64,000 nt of DNA. Origin: Syntrophales bacterium. GTDB taxonomy: Bacteria > Desulfobacterota > Syntrophia > Syntrophales > UBA4778. Made by a program: the position numbers and the translations under genes. Numbering within the stretch: position 1 is the first letter of the stretch; each line of letters opens with the position of its first letter. This document shows positions 49,106 through 58,600 of this stretch, in pieces. The stretch covers positions 451,151 to 515,150 of the forward strand of contig CAXXQE010000001.1 in assembly GCA_963665615.2 (NCBI GenBank). Direction: 5' to 3'. The notes under the pieces are model-generated. The model made no database searches, was not told the origin of the DNA, and saw only the letters and a program-made list of their open reading frames with translations.

Positions 49106-49328
49106 GGCTAGTCGTGAACTGGAGAGGGCAAACCTTGAACCAAGACAGGAAAACACGTAAACCTGCCGCCATATCAAGCTTTGCCCCCTTTGTTGAACGA
49201 TCCCTCACTCGAACCATCCGTGTGGGGATACGGAAGAATTATGGAGAGACCCCTTATAAACGTAAAAACGTTGGAGGACTAGCCTCTCATAGAACCAGCT
49301 GATTTTCGCCAGGAAACGCACCGGACGT

Positions 49329-49751
49329 TCACTCGCAGGGCTCAAATTGCGGCAGAGTCCAGTCCGGGGTAACGTCTTTAAAGATCATTTTCACCGGCAT
49401 GCCGATCTTGACGATCTCCGGATCGCAATGGACGAGATTGAATTTCATCCGGATGCCTTCTTCCATCGTGACCGTCGCCACCACATAGGGAACGACATCG
49501 GACCAGATCTTTGAACGGGTGGACTTGACGATGCTATAACTGAACAACTTCCCCAGGCCGCTGATCTTTTCATATCCGAGATCGAAGGATAAGCACTGGG
49601 GGCACTGAACGAGCGGCTGCCATAACCAGGTGCCGCACTGACTGCACCTCTGGCACACCGGTTCATGTCTTTTGGCGGCTTGCCAGAAGCCGATATTTTC
49701 ATGGTTGGGTTTGGGGAGCGGTTTATGATATCCGTGCGTCGTGTGTGTCAT
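49329..49751 (-). CDS. DUF35 Zn-ribbon/OB-fold protein
   Basis: FW...QRCSQC...CPQC, PYVVATV, IGMPV. Confidence 0.9.
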   Translation of the reverse strand: MTHTTHGYHKPLPKPNHENIGFWQAAKRHEPVCQRCSQCGTWLWQPLVQCPQCLSFDLGYEKISGLGKLFSYSIVKSTRSKIWSDVVPYVVATVTMEEGIRMKFNLVHCDPEIVKIGMPVKMIFKDVTPDWTLPQFEPCE

Positions 49752-49756
49752 CGAAA

Positions 49757-50995
49757 TTACCTCCTCAGAAAAGCGATCGAACCGTCGCCATAATCCCCGG
49801 TGCCGGTGACTGCACCGATCTCGGCATCTTTGACCTGTGCAGCCCCGGCGGTGCCCCGCAACTGCTTCACGGCCTCAAGGATATGATGGACGCCCCAGCA
49901 ATGCCCCTGGCTCAGCAGTCCCCCATGGGTATTGCAGGGCAATCTGCCGCCCAGCTCGATGGCCCCATCGGCGATGAAATTGCCCGCCTCCTCGAGGGGG
50001 ATCTGCATCAAGGCTGGAATCTGCGTGTAGAAGATATAGGTGAAGCCATCATAGATCTGCGCGAAATCGAGATCGTCAGGGGTGATCCCCGCCATCTTAT
50101 AGGCTCTGGGGAAGGCCCATTTGTGTCCGGTGTCCAGATAGGTGGGAAAGCGGTGTGCCTCATCATGCCGCAGATAGGGAGAATCTCTGTTCACCATATC
50201 ATTGCCGCCCGGCGGTTTGCCCTCGGCAATACCCATGATGTAGACCGGCTTCTGCTTGAGGTCTTTGGCCCTCTCTGCAGTGGTGACGATAAAAGCGCCC
50301 GCGCCGTCGGTTTCCTGGCTGAAGTCGTATAAACAGAAGGGGTCCATGATGACGGGCATGGCCATGTAGTCTTCAAGGGTCATTGGTTTTTTTCTTATGG
50401 CGATGTCATTGAGCTGGGCGTGCTTGCGGCAGGCGACCGCTATCGTCCCCAGATGTTCTCTCTTCATGCCGTGATGCTCCATGTAATATCTGGCCCAAGG
50501 GGAAAACACGGAGCCGGGACTTACGTCACCGACGGGAAAGTTCCAGTTTATGGCCTGATGGTGACTGGAACCCAACTGGATGCCCGATATGGCATGCATC
50601 AGATCGGGCGAGGTAACGCCTCTGGAAAACCGGTGCGAAGAGCCGCCCTTCCACGCAAAATGACAGACAACATATTTGCACAGACCCGACGTGACCGCGA
50701 GCATTGCCCCCAGCATCTGGCTGACCTGGGCGGCGCCCCCGCCGCTGAAACGCGCTACGAACTTGACATCCGGAAGATCCCAGTTCTGCCGAAAATCCTC
50801 CACCGATGCCCCGATCAGGGGCTCCATAACGCCATCGATCTCCTGGACCGATAGCCCTGCGTCCTGAACGGCCTTGTATGAGGCTTCAATACCCATTGCC
50901 CAGGGAGACTTGCCGCTATCGCCTTGCACGAAGGGGATTTCCCCTATCCCGACGATGGCCGCTTTGTTGCTTAACTTGTTAAAATTAGGTTCCAT
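49757..50995 (-). CDS. SCP2-type thiolase-superfamily protein (Ltp2/BbsB-like)
   Basis: AAIVGIG, ETDGAGA, IYDGFT, NTHGGLLSQGH; adjacent to the DUF35 gene. Confidence 0.88.
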   Translation of the reverse strand: MEPNFNKLSNKAAIVGIGEIPFVQGDSGKSPWAMGIEASYKAVQDAGLSVQEIDGVMEPLIGASVEDFRQNWDLPDVKFVARFSGGGAAQVSQMLGAMLAVTSGLCKYVVCHFAWKGGSSHRFSRGVTSPDLMHAISGIQLGSSHHQAINWNFPVGDVSPGSVFSPWARYYMEHHGMKREHLGTIAVACRKHAQLNDIAIRKKPMTLEDYMAMPVIMDPFCLYDFSQETDGAGAFIVTTAERAKDLKQKPVYIMGIAEGKPPGGNDMVNRDSPYLRHDEAHRFPTYLDTGHKWAFPRAYKMAGITPDDLDFAQIYDGFTYIFYTQIPALMQIPLEEAGNFIADGAIELGGRLPCNTHGGLLSQGHCWGVHHILEAVKQLRGTAGAAQVKDAEIGAVTGTGDYGDGSIAFLRR

Positions 50996-51020
50996 CAAAT
51001 GCACCTCTGTTCCTCTAAAA

Positions 51021-51110
51021 TTGAATTCTTTGGCGAGCGCACAAGGACAAATCATCTACCTTGGGAATCGGAGACTCACCGGAGCTTGCTCCTGTGAGTC
51101 TCCGATTGAA
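51021..51110 (+). repeat. Family B repeat, internally deleted copy
   Basis: ttgaattctttggcgagcg...ttgggaatcggagactcaccggagcttgctcctgtgagtctccgatt. Confidence 0.8.
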
Positions 51111-51311
51111 TAAGCTGTTTTCGTCCTATTTGGCTGGTGGATCTTTGTTTTTTTTGCTGCCTGATTCCCGGACGCTGTAACATTACCTCCATTACTCATG
51201 TATGCAATCTGTCATATTTCATATAATTCATCAACAGAAGAGTACAGGAGGAAACTGTGCGGTTTCGATAGGGGGAACGGTCGTGTTCGGCTTCTTATAG
51301 TGCCTCGGTTA

Positions 51312-51366
51312 TGAAATTTGGTAGCGAGCGCATTCCGCGCTACTTGCTGCGGAGAGTCTCCGATTT
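51312..51366 (+). repeat. Family B repeat, internally deleted copy
   Basis: tagcgagcgcattccgcgctacttgctgcggagagtctccgatt. Confidence 0.65.
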
Positions 51367-51520
51367 AATGAGGGGGGCTGCAGGTCAGTATTTTAAGATA
51401 TCGATCACGAGAATTTCTCGATAAAGGCGGATCGAATTATGTGATAATGCGCACTGGCTTGTTGACCCCCAGTTTGTTATTAATTTGAAACTGAATAAAC
51501 CAGAGAAGGAGGAGCGGTGA

Positions 51521-52060
51521 ATGAAGAAGGTATTATTGATGTGTTTGTTGATCATTATGGTTGCTGCCGGTCAGGCAATGGCAGGATCAAGTCCGATACA
51601 ACTCAGTCTTACCCCGGATATTGCCATTCACGACAGAAATACCAGGATTGAGGGGCTGGCTCTCAGCATATGGGGTGAAAACCCGCAGGAAGCGTTTGCC
51701 CTGGGAATTGTCAATGGATCTGCCGGGCAAAGCGCCGGCTTCAGTCTGGGCATTATCAATTATGCCGACAGCTATAAGGGGGTCCAGTGGGCGTTTGTCA
51801 ATTATACGAAGGCGAATTTCCTGGGATGGCAACACGGTATCATCAATTACGTCGAAGGATCTGGGAAAGGCCTGCAGACCGGATTTGTGAATTACGCAGG
51901 CCATCTAACGGGCGTTCAGATCGGCCTTATCAATTATGCCGCCAAGGCGACGACGGGCGTTCAAATCGGGATTATCAATCTTATTCCGCAAAATGCATGG
52001 TTTACCAGGTTCCCTGATGAGCTGGCCCCTGGAATGATTTTTGTTAATTGGCGTTTCTGA
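51521..52060 (+). CDS. Secreted protein with G(V/L)QxGxxNY repeats (LA_2272-like)
   Basis: Signal peptide, about 7 GxQxG(I/F/L)xNY repeats, terminal Phe; AGGAGG RBS. Confidence 0.8.
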   Translation: MKKVLLMCLLIIMVAAGQAMAGSSPIQLSLTPDIAIHDRNTRIEGLALSIWGENPQEAFALGIVNGSAGQSAGFSLGIINYADSYKGVQWAFVNYTKANFLGWQHGIINYVEGSGKGLQTGFVNYAGHLTGVQIGLINYAAKATTGVQIGIINLIPQNAWFTRFPDELAPGMIFVNWRF

Positions 52061-52073
52061 TAAGAGGTTTTCC

Positions 52074-52110
52074 CGGATAGCTCAAGATTTCTGGAATCTT
52101 GAGCTATCCG
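52074..52110. terminator. Hairpin terminator between convergent genes
   Basis: cggatagctcaagatt-tctgg-aatcttgagctatccg. Confidence 0.75.
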
Positions 52111-52121
52111 CATAGGTTTGT

Positions 52122-53396
52122 TTATCGTACGACCTTGAATTTTTTGGCTGCAGGGGGCGCTTTATAGAGGACCTTCTTTTTGTACAGTTCGGCAATTTCT
52201 TCAGATGAATAACCTGTTTCCTCCAATATGTCCTCGTTGTCCATGCCGACCGTGGGGCCGCCTCTCCATATTTGAGTTGGGTTTCTTTTAAATCTCAAGG
52301 GGAAGGCCGGCCCCCTTAATGTTTGACCTTCATAGGCCGATCCTTCAACAGCATTCCATTCGACAATGGAATTGCGTGCGACATAATGCGGGTGGTCAAC
52401 CATATCGGCATATTGCAGGATTCGACAACAGGGAACACCCTGCGGCCAGAAGAGGTCTTCCATCTCTTTGGCTGTATATTTGGCGCAGTATTCCTGGAGC
52501 TTTTTGTCCAAAATCTCGGCGGCCGGCGAACCTCTAAAAATGCCTCCTGTTTTTTCAGGAAAATGCTCTCCCCCGTATTCCAATCCGAGGATTTCGACGG
52601 CCTTCTTGACGATCGCACCGCCCAGGATCAGAATATAGACATATTTATCGTCTTTGCACTTATAGGAGCCCCACCCAGTAAAAATCTGATTGTTAGAACC
52701 TTCACGTCTCGTTTGTACTTTGCAGTTAAGGTATTCGGGTAATTTATTGGCCTGACATCGCAGTGCCATTTCATATTGCGCTATATCAATACTCTCACCA
52801 ATGCCTGTCTTCTGTACGCTATGTAACGCTCCAAGTACGGCAGTAGCAACTGCCAGGCCGGCATAATAATCGGTGACCAGGTATTGGGCGGCGTTCGGAT
52901 CTTTATCTTCAAAACCCTGCAGGGACATCAATCCGCTGAACGCCTGAGCAATCGGGTCATAACAGCCTCTCGATACAAATGAAGGATCGCCCGTTTGTCC
53001 GAAGCCGGACAAATGTGCGATCACGAGCCTTGGATTAACCTTCCAAAGCACCTCATCAGTCAGCCCCCAATGTTCGTACTGTCCTCCCTTGGACGCTTCA
53101 ATAAAAATATCCGCATCCTTAAGCAGATTAAACAGAACCTCTTTGCCTTCCGGGGTGGGGATATTTAAGGAAATGGTTCGTTGATTGCGCCGCTCCGACT
53201 CCGCAGCCAACCCGACAGAGAATGAATTTCCCAACCTGTTCACATCGGGAACCAAAGCACTCTCGATCCAAATGACATCAGCGCCCATTTCCGCCAACAT
53301 TTCAGCCCCAAAAGGCCCTGCCGTGGACACTGTTGCATGAACTACTTTTACGCCGGATAACACACCAAATTTAGGAATACTTTCTTTTTTTGCCAT
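52122..53396 (-). CDS. Family III CoA-transferase, CaiB/BaiF clade
   Basis: PKFG.LSG, AGPF, IFIEASKGGQY, HLSGFGQTGDP, AQAFSG, catalytic Asp in VTDY. Confidence 0.92.
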   Translation of the reverse strand: MAKKESIPKFGVLSGVKVVHATVSTAGPFGAEMLAEMGADVIWIESALVPDVNRLGNSFSVGLAAESERRNQRTISLNIPTPEGKEVLFNLLKDADIFIEASKGGQYEHWGLTDEVLWKVNPRLVIAHLSGFGQTGDPSFVSRGCYDPIAQAFSGLMSLQGFEDKDPNAAQYLVTDYYAGLAVATAVLGALHSVQKTGIGESIDIAQYEMALRCQANKLPEYLNCKVQTRREGSNNQIFTGWGSYKCKDDKYVYILILGGAIVKKAVEILGLEYGGEHFPEKTGGIFRGSPAAEILDKKLQEYCAKYTAKEMEDLFWPQGVPCCRILQYADMVDHPHYVARNSIVEWNAVEGSAYEGQTLRGPAFPLRFKRNPTQIWRGGPTVGMDNEDILEETGYSSEEIAELYKKKVLYKAPPAAKKFKVVR

Positions 53397-53423
53397 ATGA
53401 ATTACCTACCTTTTAAAATATCA

Positions 53424-53440
53424 TTAAGGTCTGACCTTAA
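53424..53440. promoter_or_regulatory. Palindromic operator (GntR/FadR-like)
   Basis: TTAAGGTC-T-GACCTTAA, about 30 bp upstream of the CoA-transferase start. Confidence 0.55.
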
Positions 53441-54263
53441 CAGCGACGTTTAATATAACCCTTTTGCATACTGCATTTCCGGAGGCAATCCCCCAACGGC
53501 AAAACAATGATAGCCCTAAAAAGTTTATTCTCGCTTAAATCCTCGACACTTACGGACAATCAAAGAAGGGGCATCCGAGATCGCCCGCAAACGTTCTGTT
53601 GACGAGTAGTATGCAGCGCCTTTCGCTTGGCTGAATAAACGCCCGCAAATCAATAATGAAGAATGCGAGACATAGATTTATAATAATATAAATAAAATCG
53701 GTATATTATATTAGAAGAAAAGAAACATATTTTATAATTATCAAACAAATTATTAATTTTATCAACCAAAGAAATGCCTTATCACAAAAAAGATGTCATA
53801 CGTAGATAGCGTGAGAACGGGTTAGGGCGTATCTCTTCTGGTTGGCTTCGGGCCAGGGGGCACAAAGTTCTTGGAAGTCAGTGAGGCGCCGTTCGGCCAC
53901 TTTTCAACGCGCTCAATGGAGACGCGTTCCTCTTCATCTAAGCAGAAACACTTTGAGCGGAGAAGATAGATGTAGGTCGTGCCTGTGGTGAAGGTGTCCG
54001 TACTAATTTTACCGTTCATGCCATAGACGGCGCCAACGGGAATTGCGGCCATGCCAAAGCCGACAACAAGTGGCGCATCGATCACAGAGTGAAAGACACC
54101 CATACGATGCATGTCTGCGGAAACCTGAAAACTGGTGTGCTGGTCTATGGCGAGGGCGACGATTGGGCGATCATCTACGAGAATGCAGTTAAGTCGTCGT
54201 CAATGCGCTCAGCATGGGGCAAGGGTGTTAATTCGGCTTCCATTGGGATGCGACATATTTCTC

Positions 54264-54812
54264 CTAATCTACCAGCATGAGGCAATACAAGTTCTGAGTC
54301 TCTGTTTTGTCTCTTAACGTTTCAATATAAAATTCATTATTCCGTGCCGTCTGAAAAACATCGATTCCGCAGGATTCCATGGACGGCCTGGCCTTGCCGG
54401 GGAGATTACAAGATTCATTATTCGCTTTAGTGCAATTCCTGCAAAGCGGACAGGGGCCAGCCAGATAGACAAAAGATTTATAGTAGCCGTCTTTGAAGAG
54501 TTCCCCTTCCATGGTAACCAGCATATCAAACCAAGCCATATTCCTTTTGCCTCGGTCTGGGGATTGCGGTGAGACAATGTGGAACAGTATGGCGCGCTTA
54601 TAGCAATCCAAAACCCGGCGCGTTTCCTCCGGCGTAGGGGTTGAAGGCGGGCAGCAATGGCTTATATTGTATTGACATCCGAATAGACATTTCATTCTGA
54701 CCCACGCGGCAGTCACAACGCTCCGGGGATCGATTATCTTTGCCTGCGCAATTCCCGCTTTTATCGCCTGATCGCAGTATTTTTGTAAATCCGTGTCTTC
54801 CATCAGTTCCAT
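54264..54812 (-). CDS. DUF2284 predicted metal-binding protein
   Basis: VRMKCLFGC, CCPP, GPCPLCRNC, ARPSMESCGIDV. Confidence 0.88.
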   Translation of the reverse strand: MELMEDTDLQKYCDQAIKAGIAQAKIIDPRSVVTAAWVRMKCLFGCQYNISHCCPPSTPTPEETRRVLDCYKRAILFHIVSPQSPDRGKRNMAWFDMLVTMEGELFKDGYYKSFVYLAGPCPLCRNCTKANNESCNLPGKARPSMESCGIDVFQTARNNEFYIETLRDKTETQNLYCLMLVD

Positions 54813-55121
54813 CCTTTTTATGATGAATAAAATAGAAAAAGCGCTTCCGACGAGGTTGTCAACTCCGTCAGAATTTCAATCGCCGCCAACGGTTGGAGTT
54901 CACTTTTGCATCGATTACCGGAGACTGAAAGTGGCATCAACAACGAATATCGAACCCCGATCACGCAAGAAACGAACAAACCATATAAAAAACGGGCAGC
55001 CTTGTCAAAGCCTTATGGAATCGGCCAGAAAACGCGCCTTTCAAGGTGGGTCGTGACCGGTTTTCCCGGCGATGTGAAGAGGTCGTCGAAAGATTGGTGA
55101 TGAATGATTGTGCGGTGGAGG

Positions 55122-56039
55122 TTACACTCGCGAATGATAGATGACGCAGGTGGCCGTCGTTCCCGAGCCGACTTTCGATTTGATATTGAACTCGTCGGAC
55201 ACGTTCTTCGTGTTGGGAATTCCCATGCCGGCGCCGAATCCGAGGGATCGCACCCATTCATTGGCCGTAGAATAGCCGACCTGTAAAGCGAGATCCACAT
55301 TTTCAATGCCGGGACCGGTGTCTTCGGTAATGATCGTGATCTTCTCTTCGTCGATGATGAAGATCAGTTTGCCGCCGTCCGAATGGATTACCAGATTGAT
55401 CTCCAGTTCATAGGCGGCGATCGAGGCGCGCCGTACCGTTTCCGGTGAGAGCTTTTTGTCCTTCAAGATTTTCTTGATGTAGAAAGAGGGCTTGCCCGCG
55501 TTTTCCAGATCGAATTTTTTAATACTGAATTCCTTGTAGATCTGCTCGTGGACTGCAACCGGTTGAGGCTGGATTCGGTTTTCAAGTTCAATGATTTCCT
55601 TGCCCAGTTCGTTGAGAAGCGCAATCAGAATATCGCGGCTGGAGATCACGCCGACCAGCAGTCGTTCCCGGTTGACGACGGGATACCGGCGGTAAGGATA
55701 TTTGTTGAAATGATTAATGGCGAAGGCCAGCGGCATATCTTCTTCCAGCAGGACCAGCGAGGGGGACATGTAGGTGATGGCTTTTTCTTCAATATAGCCG
55801 CCGTCCAGGGCGCTGATGATGTCGTTGACGCTGATCATACCGATGACGCGGTCGTTGTCGACGATCGGCACGCCGGACGTCTGCGTTTGCTTCATTAAAT
55901 GCTGGATTTCCCGAAGGGTGCTGTGGATGTTCGCCTTGACGACCTCGCGTGTCAAGGCATCCTTGATCTTCAGGCGCAGAATGATTTCCAGGATCGCATC
56001 AGGCGATTTTTCGGTGCTGATCGGCAGGCTTGTCGGCAT
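55122..56039 (-). CDS. CBS-pair / RsbT-like HATPase (anti-sigma Ser/Thr kinase) fusion
   Basis: Two CBS motifs (SGVPIVD, RYPVV); AYELEINLVIH, EDTGPGI, GYSTA, LGFGAGMGIPN. Confidence 0.85.
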   Translation of the reverse strand: MPTSLPISTEKSPDAILEIILRLKIKDALTREVVKANIHSTLREIQHLMKQTQTSGVPIVDNDRVIGMISVNDIISALDGGYIEEKAITYMSPSLVLLEEDMPLAFAINHFNKYPYRRYPVVNRERLLVGVISSRDILIALLNELGKEIIELENRIQPQPVAVHEQIYKEFSIKKFDLENAGKPSFYIKKILKDKKLSPETVRRASIAAYELEINLVIHSDGGKLIFIIDEEKITIITEDTGPGIENVDLALQVGYSTANEWVRSLGFGAGMGIPNTKNVSDEFNIKSKVGSGTTATCVIYHSRV

Positions 56040-56074
56040 GCGCTCTGTTCCTAAAAAGAATTTATTTGTTGAGT

Positions 56075-56103
56075 ATGCTAGAGTTAATAGGTGCTTTTGT
56101 CAA
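56075..56103 (-). promoter_or_regulatory. sigma70 promoter of the CBS-kinase gene
   Basis: TTGACA-N17-TAGCAT. Confidence 0.55.
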
Positions 56104-56361
56104 GGCGGGACAGGAAGGCAGGGAGACGCTCAAAAAAAGATTGACAGGGGCTGTGGAATTTATTGAAAATTTCCGATAGTAAGCTTTGGAGAATCGCTGT
56201 TTCCTGAGGAAGGGCGCCAGACATGATTTGCTTGCTCATCCACTCTCGGCAAGTTTTTTAGAATGCGCTCACTATCGGATTCGTACTCATGCAAGAGTCG
56301 ATGGGAAAGAGTCGATTCGGGGAAAGATTTTTTAAATGCCATGTCGACAACGGGAGGGAAA

Positions 56362-56814
56362 ATGATGTTTAAAATTCGTTTTGCAGTTAGCATTGTTCTT
56401 GCCGGACTGCTGTTGCTATGTGGTAGCGCAGCCTTTTCGGACGAGGTCTATCGATGGGTGGACAAGGAGGGGGTGACGCATCTGCAGGATGCGGCCTCGG
56501 GCGGCATTCCGGCCGGTCAGACAGTTGAAAAAAAGGTGCTCGCGCCGCAAGGGCGGATTGATCCGGTCTCTGGTGTTCATCAGGTCGAAATCTATACGAG
56601 CAAGGGGTGCTCCCATTGTCACGATGCGAAGGCCTATCTCCAGAAGAGGGGCATTCCCTTTATCGAACATGATATCGAAAAGGACGACGCGGCGCGTCGC
56701 CGTCGTGATGAAGTCTGCCCTGCGGGCGGGGTGCCTGTAGCCGTGATCGACGGCAAGGTGGTTCGGGGCTTTTCTCCCGACATCTATGACGAGATCTTTG
56801 GCAAGTCGCCGTAA
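56362..56814 (+). CDS. Exported DUF4124 + glutaredoxin domain protein
   Basis: Signal peptide, VYRWVDKEGVTH, CSHC, GVP, VRGF. Confidence 0.85.
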   Translation: MMFKIRFAVSIVLAGLLLLCGSAAFSDEVYRWVDKEGVTHLQDAASGGIPAGQTVEKKVLAPQGRIDPVSGVHQVEIYTSKGCSHCHDAKAYLQKRGIPFIEHDIEKDDAARRRRDEVCPAGGVPVAVIDGKVVRGFSPDIYDEIFGKSP

Positions 56815-56878
56815 CCGGCGTTCCCGGGATGGCTTTCTTGTTGAAGTAAATAAAACCTACAAATGATAAAGAAATATA

Positions 56879-56907
56879 TTGACACGTATTGCTGCATTTT
56901 CTATACT
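56879..56907 (+). promoter_or_regulatory. Near-consensus sigma70 promoter
   Basis: TTGACA-N17-TATACT. Confidence 0.65.
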
Positions 56908-56992
56908 CCCGCCATTCTTTTTTACTATCTCGTGTTGAGTCTCTGCAATCGCGCCACGCCGATCATATCTAACCAAATATCATATTAAATGA

Positions 56993-57077
56993 TCGGACAT
57001 TTGCCGGCGCTTGCTCCGGGAATATTTCAATATTTTTTTGTGGCTTTGTGGATGCTTGCTCCGGCGAGTTTTCAATC
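56993..57077 (+). repeat. Two degenerate 3' fragments of the family B repeat
   Basis: tcggacatttgccggcgcttgctccgggaatatttcaat and gcttgctccggcgagttttcaat. Confidence 0.55.
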
Positions 57078-57103
57078 CGCCATGGGGAAAGGGGATTTCT
57101 GCG

Positions 57104-57388
57104 ATGTGGTACCATCTCTTTATCAACGACTCAAATACGGCGGTCTTTCAGTCTCGAAAATTCCGAGATGCTGTTTTCGAGCATATGGTTCTGTCGGGCA
57201 ATGAGGATGTGGCCGTTTTTCACCGGTCCGACGAGGAATCTGGCGGCGTACATTTCTATTTCACGCCATCATCGCGCCGCGTAGCCGTCAATTATGGGGC
57301 CTCGCCCTGCCAGAAGCCGACGCAGGCGGAGGTCGGAGAAATGCTGGTAGGGGGCAGAGGGGCGGTCGATCGTTTATTCGAGGTTTGA
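57104..57388 (+). CDS. Hypothetical protein
   Basis: 94-aa ORF after AAGGGG; HFYFTP...ASPCQKP...MLVG pattern. Confidence 0.6.
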   Translation: MWYHLFINDSNTAVFQSRKFRDAVFEHMVLSGNEDVAVFHRSDEESGGVHFYFTPSSRRVAVNYGASPCQKPTQAEVGEMLVGGRGAVDRLFEV

Positions 57389-57394
57389 GTCGCT

Positions 57395-58591
57395 CTAGTT
57401 TCTGGCCATGAGATGCCGTATGGCCTTCTCGAGACCGTCGAGTGTCAGCTCGAACATCGGGAAGATCTGGGCGATGGCCAGGGTCGTCTTGGTCTGGCGC
57501 CACTCCTCTTCGGCTACGGGATTGAGCCAAACGGCGTGACGGAAGATACTTGCCAGGAACTTGAGACGGTCGACGCTCGGTCGACCGCTATGTTTCTCTT
57601 CAAAGGAAATTCGGCCATTCGCCGTCAAGAGCTCATAGGGCGCCATGCTGGCGTCGCCGACGATGATCAGGCGCGTTTCCGAATCTTTTCCAATAAAGTT
57701 TTCAATTCGCTCCGGTTCCCGATGTCGCGCGGGATCCCGCCAGACATGATCGTAAATCGTATTGTGAAAGAAGTAAGTCTTGATGTCTTTGAACTGGGCG
57801 CGGGTGTAAGTGAACAGCGTCTGGACCACCTCAATATGGGGGTCCATGGACCAGCCGCCGTTGTCGATCATGAGGATGACCTTGAGGCGATCCATCAAGC
57901 GGCGGTCAAAAACAATCTCGACCTCTCCGGCGTTGCGCATGGTCTGATAGATGGTCTTGTCGATATTGATGGCGTCCTTCGGACCCGAGGGGACCATCCG
58001 TCTGAGTCGTTTCAATGCCTCGCCGATCTGAACCTGTGTCAGGGGACCGTCCTGGGAATAGTCCTTATATCGCCTGCTCATTGCCACTTTTACCGCCGAC
58101 CGATGAACCGACTTTCCGCCGATCCGCATCCCGCCGGGATGAAATCCCGCGTTCCCCGCCGGCGACGTACCCCCGGTTCCGATCCATCGATCGCCACCGT
58201 GATGGGCTTCCGTCTGCTCCTTGAGACGATCGAGAAAATACTGCACCGCTTCTTCCGGCGTCATATTGCGGAGTTGATCAGGGTGGAGCCCGAAAGCAGC
58301 GGCCACGTCCAGAGGGTTCTTCAGCCATTCCTCCAGTAGCGCTTGAGCCAGTGCGGTGAGCTCCCGGATATCCGGGGGTTGAAAAGCCACTCCTTCAAAG
58401 TAGTGCGCGAAGAGTTGGTCGTAAAGGTCGAAATATCGCTCGCTTTTTATGAGAATGGCTCTGGCGTCGGTATAGAAATCATCGATGCTGCGAATGAGGC
58501 CCATGTTCAGGGCCTTCTGCAGGCGCAGGAAGGAGGTCGGCGTCACCGGGACGCCATGTGCCCTGAGAAGATAGAAGAAATCGACGAACAC
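57395..58591 (-). CDS. VWA-domain (CoxE-like) partner of MoxR
   Basis: WIGTGGTSP, IDNGGWSM (MIDAS-like), FFHN, VGDASMAPYEL, WLNP. Confidence 0.85.
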   Translation of the reverse strand: MFVDFFYLLRAHGVPVTPTSFLRLQKALNMGLIRSIDDFYTDARAILIKSERYFDLYDQLFAHYFEGVAFQPPDIRELTALAQALLEEWLKNPLDVAAAFGLHPDQLRNMTPEEAVQYFLDRLKEQTEAHHGGDRWIGTGGTSPAGNAGFHPGGMRIGGKSVHRSAVKVAMSRRYKDYSQDGPLTQVQIGEALKRLRRMVPSGPKDAINIDKTIYQTMRNAGEVEIVFDRRLMDRLKVILMIDNGGWSMDPHIEVVQTLFTYTRAQFKDIKTYFFHNTIYDHVWRDPARHREPERIENFIGKDSETRLIIVGDASMAPYELLTANGRISFEEKHSGRPSVDRLKFLASIFRHAVWLNPVAEEEWRQTKTTLAIAQIFPMFELTLDGLEKAIRHLMARN

Positions 58592-58600
58592 AGCAGCCCC

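Noticed and set aside
49120..49175. c-di-GMP-I riboswitch (GGGCAAACC seen)
   Set aside because: No GNRA-capped P2 stem or ACGCAAAG/P3 elements, and it is not upstream of a co-oriented gene
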